From Polyangiaceae bacterium (lineage in GTDB: Bacteria; Myxococcota_A; Polyangia; Polyangiales; Polyangiaceae): a DNA stretch of 64,000 bases. Below, piece after piece: positions 58,460 to 64,000 of the stretch. The DNA lies in NCBI GenBank assembly GCA_965222375.1, contig CBDCTZ010000014.1, positions 832,001 through 896,000 of the forward strand, read 5' to 3'. The notes beneath the pieces are model-generated. The model was not told where the DNA came from, ran no database searches, and saw nothing but the letters and a program-made list of their open reading frames with translations. Every line of letters begins with the position of its first letter. Position 1 is the stretch's first letter. The translations under genes were made by a program, and so were the position numbers.

Positions 58460-59908
58460 ATGCCGCTTGGTTATTTAAGCGTGCCGCGCCAGGCTACAGG
58501 GCCTCTCACAAACTGGCCCTTCCGAGTCCACACCAGGGACAATTTCGCCACGCACAACGTGTTTTATCCCTTCACGGCCTGTCCCGGGCCTCGCGTCCGG
58601 GCACTGGAGCGAGCGTGGACTCTGCTCGCATGCGGGATCAGTTTGTCCTTCATCTGGGCTGGGTGTCGCGTCCGCAAGGACGTGCCCGAGGGGCCGAGCG
58701 CTGAAGTCGTCGTGGCCCCAGTGGCCAGCTACGTGAAGCAGGTCGAGGGGTTGGCATCTCGGGACGCGGGCAGCGATGCCCACTTGATCCTCGATGGCGG
58801 CGTTCCACCCAAGGGGTCCTTCGCCGTGGTGTTCGGCGGTTTGGAGTCGTCGCCGGAGCGACCCGGCCCCGAGCGCACGGCCGCGAAGGTAGCGCTGGCG
58901 GCGCTGGCCCTTGGCAAGCCGCCCATCGACGCCGTCGTGGAGGCGGTCGCCGTGCTGGAAGACCACCCGGACCGTAACGCCGGGGTTGGCTCGTCCTTGC
59001 GAATCGACGGCAAGAGCGTCGAGATGGATGCTGCGGTGATGGCACAAGACGGCCGCTTCGGCGCGGTCGGTGCGCTGTCCCGGGTGAAGAATCCAGTTCG
59101 GGTTGCCCGGGGCGTTTTCGACACTCCCCAACGCGTGCTGACCGGACTTGGTGCGCAGCAGTTCGCACGCACTCTTGGCTTTCGTGACTTCGACCCCGTC
59201 ACGCGAGAGTCCAAGGCGTCCTACCGCACGCTGCTCCGCGCGGAACTTGCGCGGGACGGCGGCGACGCGTCGCTTCTGCCCCGGGGCTGGCAGCTATGGG
59301 TGGATGCATCGGCACTCATGCCTGAGGCGGGGGCCCTGACCGCGGAGGCCGACGCGGGCGGAGCGACGGATGCCGGAGGAGCAGGCGACGTTGCAGTGGA
59401 AGCAGCGCCTGCTCCCAAGCCCGCACCACCCGCAGCTCCAAGGTCGCGACCGCCCGCTCCGCCGCTCGTGGAGACGCCTCCGGCGCTGCCCCCACCTTCG
59501 AGCACCGCCCACGACACAGTGGCCGCGCTGATCCGATCCCCCGACGGGGGATTCGCAGGTGGCGTCAGCTCCGGCGGGCCGCCCCTGACCCTGCCGGGTC
59601 GCGTCGGCGACGTACCCACGCCGGGCGCAGCCCTTTGGGTTGGCAAGCGTGGCGCGGTTGCCGTCACGGGACCCGGGGAGCTCATTATCGACCGTGGGCT
59701 GGCTCGGGCGGTTTACGACAAGTTGGTTGCCCTACGTTCGCCCAAGCTAGCCGCGTCTTGGGGCTTGAAGCAGATGCCAACCGGCATCGCGGTCAGCGTG
59801 GTGGTGCTCGATGACAAGAGCTTCGCTGTTGCACCCCCGGATGCGATGGCCTGGGTGGGCTCTAGCGGCGACAAGCTGAGCGAAAGCGCGACGGAGGCGA
59901 AGCCGTGA
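58460..59908 (+). CDS. Isoaspartyl peptidase/type 2 asparaginase family (Ntn-hydrolase), start uncertain
   Basis: LEDHPDRNAGVGS, EMDAAVM, VKNPVRVAR, HDTV (nucleophile Thr) and LPGRVGD. Confidence 0.85.
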   Translation: MPLGYLSVPRQATGPLTNWPFRVHTRDNFATHNVFYPFTACPGPRVRALERAWTLLACGISLSFIWAGCRVRKDVPEGPSAEVVVAPVASYVKQVEGLASRDAGSDAHLILDGGVPPKGSFAVVFGGLESSPERPGPERTAAKVALAALALGKPPIDAVVEAVAVLEDHPDRNAGVGSSLRIDGKSVEMDAAVMAQDGRFGAVGALSRVKNPVRVARGVFDTPQRVLTGLGAQQFARTLGFRDFDPVTRESKASYRTLLRAELARDGGDASLLPRGWQLWVDASALMPEAGALTAEADAGGATDAGGAGDVAVEAAPAPKPAPPAAPRSRPPAPPLVETPPALPPPSSTAHDTVAALIRSPDGGFAGGVSSGGPPLTLPGRVGDVPTPGAALWVGKRGAVAVTGPGELIIDRGLARAVYDKLVALRSPKLAASWGLKQMPTGIAVSVVVLDDKSFAVAPPDAMAWVGSSGDKLSESATEAKP

Positions 59909-61200
59909 GCCTGACCGTCATCCTCGTCTTGGTCGTGATCTTCAGCTTCGGCATCGGTCACCTGCTGACGCGATACGCTTCTCGTTTCGTCACTCTCAGC
60001 GGCGCAGAGTACATCTTGGTCGGCGTGCTCATCGGCCCCCACTTCCCCTGGAAGCTGATGAGCGATGCCGCACTGATTCAGCTCGCCCCGTTGATTTCGC
60101 TGCTGCTCGGCCTGGTGGGATTCGTGATTGGCCTGCGCGGCGGAGGCAGCGAGCGCCGCCTCGACGTGACCCTGGTGGGCTGGGTGTCCACCTTGCTGGT
60201 GCTCGTGACCGTCGCCGCGGCGGCGATCCCCGTGCTGCGCTGGATGGTGCCCATCGACGAGGCTCAATCCGACTTCGTGGTCAATCAGGTCTTGATCCGC
60301 AAATTCGGCTACATCCTGGAGATCCACTTCGCGAGCACTCACCTATGGGTAGCATTGGGGATTGGCGCTTCTGCTGCAGTGGCCTCGCCCTTCTTGCTCG
60401 AGTCGATGCACCGAATCACTGGCTCCGCGGGTCGAGTGACTCTGATGCTCGAGGCTACCGCTCGCTCCAGTCAGGTCGTTGCGGTTTTGGTACTCGGAGG
60501 CGTCCTGGCCACCGCACGAGCTACCGAAGCAGCGGGCCGCTTTTCGATGACCGTGGCCGAGTGGGTTCTGGCAGCGGTTGGCGTGGGCCTGGTCAGTGGC
60601 CTGCTGTTCGGCTTGTTCATTGGCAAAGAGAGCGAACCCTCGCGGATCTTCTTGGCGACGATTGGCTTGGTCACCTTCGCATCCGGAGTAGGAGCGGCGC
60701 TGGGGATCTCGCCTCTCTTCGTGACCATGCTCGCTGCCGTCACGGTCAGCGTGACCTCGGGGCATGCGGAGCACGTCCGCAAGCATGTGAGTCGGCTGCA
60801 ACATGCCTTGTTCGTGTTGTTGATGATCTTCGCTGGCGCCCTCTGGGATCCCGTGAGCGGTTGGGCGTGGCTATTGCCGCTGCTCTACGTGTTGGTTCGC
60901 TTCGCTGTCCGGCGCGTGGCGACGGCCCTCAGCGTGAGGCTGTTCTTGGACAAGCCCCTCATGACGCGACGCCTCGGAAACGGCCTCTTGTCCCAGGGCA
61001 CCCTGGCTGTGGCCATTGGCGTGAGCTTCGCCCAGCGTTTCCCCGAGTTCGCGTCGTTGATTCTCACGACGGTTCTCATCGGCACCATCCTGAGTGACCT
61101 GTTCAGCACTCGTGCCCTGCGGGCACTGCTTGCAGATGCGGGTGAGTTAGGCGACGAGCTGGAGCCGGAACCGACGCAAGAAGCGGAGGCGACGACGTGA
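59905..61200 (+). CDS. Cation/proton antiporter-like membrane protein
   Basis: About 12 TM helices; SGAEYILVGVLIGP, LGISPLF and GLLSQGTLAVAI. Confidence 0.75.
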   Translation: MSLTVILVLVVIFSFGIGHLLTRYASRFVTLSGAEYILVGVLIGPHFPWKLMSDAALIQLAPLISLLLGLVGFVIGLRGGGSERRLDVTLVGWVSTLLVLVTVAAAAIPVLRWMVPIDEAQSDFVVNQVLIRKFGYILEIHFASTHLWVALGIGASAAVASPFLLESMHRITGSAGRVTLMLEATARSSQVVAVLVLGGVLATARATEAAGRFSMTVAEWVLAAVGVGLVSGLLFGLFIGKESEPSRIFLATIGLVTFASGVGAALGISPLFVTMLAAVTVSVTSGHAEHVRKHVSRLQHALFVLLMIFAGALWDPVSGWAWLLPLLYVLVRFAVRRVATALSVRLFLDKPLMTRRLGNGLLSQGTLAVAIGVSFAQRFPEFASLILTTVLIGTILSDLFSTRALRALLADAGELGDELEPEPTQEAEATT

Positions 61201-61231
61201 ACGTCGAATCTGCCGCGTCGAGGAGGCGAGC

Positions 61232-64000
61232 ATGAGGCGACTGGTCGTCCTCGTCGTGCTGCTGGCCGTCATGTTCGGGCTCGACGCCCTGAAGGTGGAG
61301 GTGGCGGGAAAGAACCCCCTCACGCTGGCTGCCATCGGCTTCGTGCTGCTGGCTGCATACACCGTCGCAGAACTTGGTTCGGCCCTCTCGCTGCCTCGGG
61401 TCACGGGCTACATCCTGAGCGGCGTCGTCTTGGGGCCCTTCGTGTCGAACATCCTCTCCCGGGAAGTCGTCACCGAGATGCGCATGTTCAACACCTTGGC
61501 GCTGGGCTTGATCGCCGTTGGCGCCGGTTTGGAGTTGGACGTCAAACAGATCATCAAGATCTGGCGAACCTTGGTCAGCACGATCTTGGTCAAGATGCTG
61601 CTCGCGGCAGCCCTGGTGGGGGCGACGTTTTATGCGCTGCAGACCGCGCTGAGTACGCTGTCGCTGAGTGGCGGCGGACAAGTCCTGGCGGTCACCCTGA
61701 TCTTTGCGGCGCTTTCCATCGGGACATCTCCCGCAATTGCCCTCGCCGTGATGAACGAGACTCGCGCCAAGGGTCGACTGATGGACCTCGTGCTCGGTGC
61801 AGCGGTGCTGAAGGACTTGGTGGTCGTGATCTGCCTGGCCGTGGCGATTGCGGTTGCGAAGTCCTTCCTGGGTGCGACCGGAAGCGACGACAGCGTCTTG
61901 GTTCTGGTCGCCGAGGAACTCGGGTATTCCATCCTTGCCGGCGGCATTCTCGGCGTTCTGCTGATTGGCTACATCCGCTTCGTGCACGCGGAGATGCTGC
62001 TCTTTGTCGCCGCCATGATTCTGGTGGTCTCCGAAGTTGGAACTGTTTTGCATCTCGAGCTGCTGTTGGTGTTCATCACCGCGGGCTTCGTGGTGCGGAA
62101 CTTCTCCAAGTACGAGCACGAGTTGATGGACCCGGTGCAACTCGTGGCGCTGCCGGTGTTCGTGGTCTTCTTCACCAACGCTGGTGCCGGAATCGACCTG
62201 ACCGCTACCTGGCAGGTACTGCCTCTCGCCTTGGCGTTGTGCGCAGCGCGAGCAGTGGGCTACATCATCGCGGGGCGTTTGGGCGGGCGGTTTGGCGGCG
62301 AGGGGGAGTACGTCACGAAGAACGCCTGGCTGGGCTACCTGCCTCAAGCCGGCGTGACCCTTGGACTGGTCGGCCTCGCGGCTCAGCAGCTGCCCGCGGT
62401 AGGTCCGCAGATAACCGCGCTTGGTATGGCGGTGGTGGGCATCAACCTACTTATCGGGCCCGTCACCCTACGCAAGGCCCTGAAGGGCGCTGGTGAAATC
62501 CCGGATGACGCGGAGGCCGAAGGACCCGAGTCGGCCGCACTTTCACCGGGTGAGTCCAAGGCAGCGGTGGGCAGCCCAACGCTGCCTCCTCTGCCAGATA
62601 GTGAAGAACGAGTCGCGGCGATGCTCGCCGCAATGCAAACCCCCAAGCTCAACAGCTTGGTTCGGGACCTGTATGCGGAGCTTGAGGGCGCCGTGCGTGG
62701 CTTTGCTCAAGAGCAGCTGTTGCCCTGGACGCGCGATTTCGGCGAAACCGTCGAACCCATTGGCACAGCCGCAGAGTCCGAGAGGATCAAGGAGATTGAG
62801 CGCTGGTCCGTGGAGTCGCACGCCGCGGATCTGGACGCACGCGTCGAGGCCTGTCGCGACTTGTACCGCAACCTTCGCCAGGCGCTCATGCGCTGCCCTG
62901 AGGAGGTGGAAGTCGAGCTGGAGGAACGCAACCGCAAGGTGCTGCCGGGGGACGGGCTCGCCGTGCGTTGGCGAAAACGTGGGCGCGCTGTCAAGCGAGC
63001 GCTTACCTTCGGTAGGCGTGGCACCACCCGGCGCATCCCGGTCCAGATCCTGGTGCGGCACGAGCTCGAACCACGCATTGCGGCGCTTGCGGTGACGGCC
63101 CTGGGGTTGTGGTGTCGGGCCCAGGCCGGAGTGGTGCAGGAGCTGCGCGCCTTGGCCATAGAGGGTGGCAATGGTGCCGACACGCATCACGCGGTTGAAC
63201 GCCGTCTCCAGCTGCTGTTGGAACGCTTTGAGGCCGACGCGCGGATCACCCTGCTCGACGGGCTCGATGCCCTGGCGGACCCTTTGGGGCTGGTCGACGG
63301 ACCCTCGCTGAGTCGTAGAAAGATTCGCTATTCGGATGTGGACGCTGAAGTGCGTGAGCAGCTGCGAAGTCTCGAGTCCAGCGGTGACGCCTGGCGAGAC
63401 GCTCTCGACGCCGATCAGGGCTCCCTGCGTCTGAGCGTCGAGCTGGCCATGATCGAAGCGGAGCTGTCGCGATCTCTGGAGGAGAGCGTGCTGTCCCCTG
63501 CCGCAAACGCTTTCGATCACATTGAGTCGGTCGTTGATTCCGTGCGCGGCAAACTGTCAGCCATTCGCGACGGCATGCCTCTGGACCGAGCGCTGGATCT
63601 GGAGGAGCGCGAGACGCTGACGACCCAATGCACCAGCGCCTGCGACCAGGAGGTCAACACTTCCCTCGAGCGTGGCGCGGCCCGCTTGCGTGCCGCGGCC
63701 TCAGCACACCTCGTTGCCCTCGAAGCCCGAACGGTGATTGAGGCGTTGCCCGAGACCATCTTGCTCGCCCGGACGGACACCCCAGTGCTGCTGGCTACGG
63801 ATCCCAGGGACGTGAAGACGCGGCAAGTGGCGTTGCGTCAGGCGGCCAATGTCTTGGTCATCGAACGGCTCTTGCCCGCGATCGACGAGCAGATCCGGGA
63901 CATGACCACCACAGTGGCCAAGACTTCAGGACTGATCCGGGAGTCGGCGGATATCGCAGCGCACGCTTTGGAAAGCCATGGCACCGAAGATGGGGCCGTG
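61232..64000 (+). CDS. Cation/proton antiporter with long soluble C-terminal extension (runs off window end)
   Basis: AGGAGG RBS at 61221-61226; MRRLVVLVVLL...LPRVTGYILSGVVLGP, GTSPAIALAV and YLPQAGVTLGL. Missing from the ORF track, consistent with no stop before 64000. Confidence 0.85.
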   Translation, partial: MRRLVVLVVLLAVMFGLDALKVEVAGKNPLTLAAIGFVLLAAYTVAELGSALSLPRVTGYILSGVVLGPFVSNILSREVVTEMRMFNTLALGLIAVGAGLELDVKQIIKIWRTLVSTILVKMLLAAALVGATFYALQTALSTLSLSGGGQVLAVTLIFAALSIGTSPAIALAVMNETRAKGRLMDLVLGAAVLKDLVVVICLAVAIAVAKSFLGATGSDDSVLVLVAEELGYSILAGGILGVLLIGYIRFVHAEMLLFVAAMILVVSEVGTVLHLELLLVFITAGFVVRNFSKYEHELMDPVQLVALPVFVVFFTNAGAGIDLTATWQVLPLALALCAARAVGYIIAGRLGGRFGGEGEYVTKNAWLGYLPQAGVTLGLVGLAAQQLPAVGPQITALGMAVVGINLLIGPVTLRKALKGAGEIPDDAEAEGPESAALSPGESKAAVGSPTLPPLPDSEERVAAMLAAMQTPKLNSLVRDLYAELEGAVRGFAQEQLLPWTRDFGETVEPIGTAAESERIKEIERWSVESHAADLDARVEACRDLYRNLRQALMRCPEEVEVELEERNRKVLPGDGLAVRWRKRGRAVKRALTFGRRGTTRRIPVQILVRHELEPRIAALAVTALGLWCRAQAGVVQELRALAIEGGNGADTHHAVERRLQLLLERFEADARITLLDGLDALADPLGLVDGPSLSRRKIRYSDVDAEVREQLRSLESSGDAWRDALDADQGSLRLSVELAMIEAELSRSLEESVLSPAANAFDHIESVVDSVRGKLSAIRDGMPLDRALDLEERETLTTQCTSACDQEVNTSLERGAARLRAAASAHLVALEARTVIEALPETILLARTDTPVLLATDPRDVKTRQVALRQAANVLVIERLLPAIDEQIRDMTTTVAKTSGLIRESADIAAHALESHGTEDGAV

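Noticed and set aside
61103..63780. Minus-strand ORFs 61103-62347, 62543-63520 and 63517-63780
   Set aside because: Shadows of the + strand antiporter ORF that runs off the window.

Overview
GC-rich, gene-dense chromosomal window with the hallmarks of a myxobacterium (probably Polyangiaceae-like, inferred from many Gly/Ser-linker lipoproteins, a MYXO-CTERM-type sorting signal, two Hanks-type kinases and sigma54-like promoters). Recognisable genes: an ElbD-like multidomain lipid enzyme with an extra SCP2-like tail, an S1-domain protein, an ArsR-methyltransferase (SahR/SamR-like) regulator coupled to metH, a stand-alone MurE-like ligase, an EF-G paralogue, a GH31 and a GH71/99-like hydrolase, two LysR regulators, a cation/proton antiporter pair, and an IS1182-like element with a CTAG duplication. 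The most unusual non-coding structure lies just after metH: a 16-unit ACG-core hexamer array, then two hairpins (one hiding the Shine-Dalgarno), then a four-helix-bundle (IVP/bAvd-like) gene. Other oddities are a 59-bp tandem array that degenerates into the putative S1-gene promoter, a malic enzyme gene cut down to about 0.9 kb by several deletions, a lipoprotein with six exact 300-bp repeats, and a gene broken by a (GCAC)3 tract plus an in-frame stop. No CRISPR array, reverse transcriptase, tRNA or rRNA was recognised. All assignments come from reading motifs by eye; no database searches were run.
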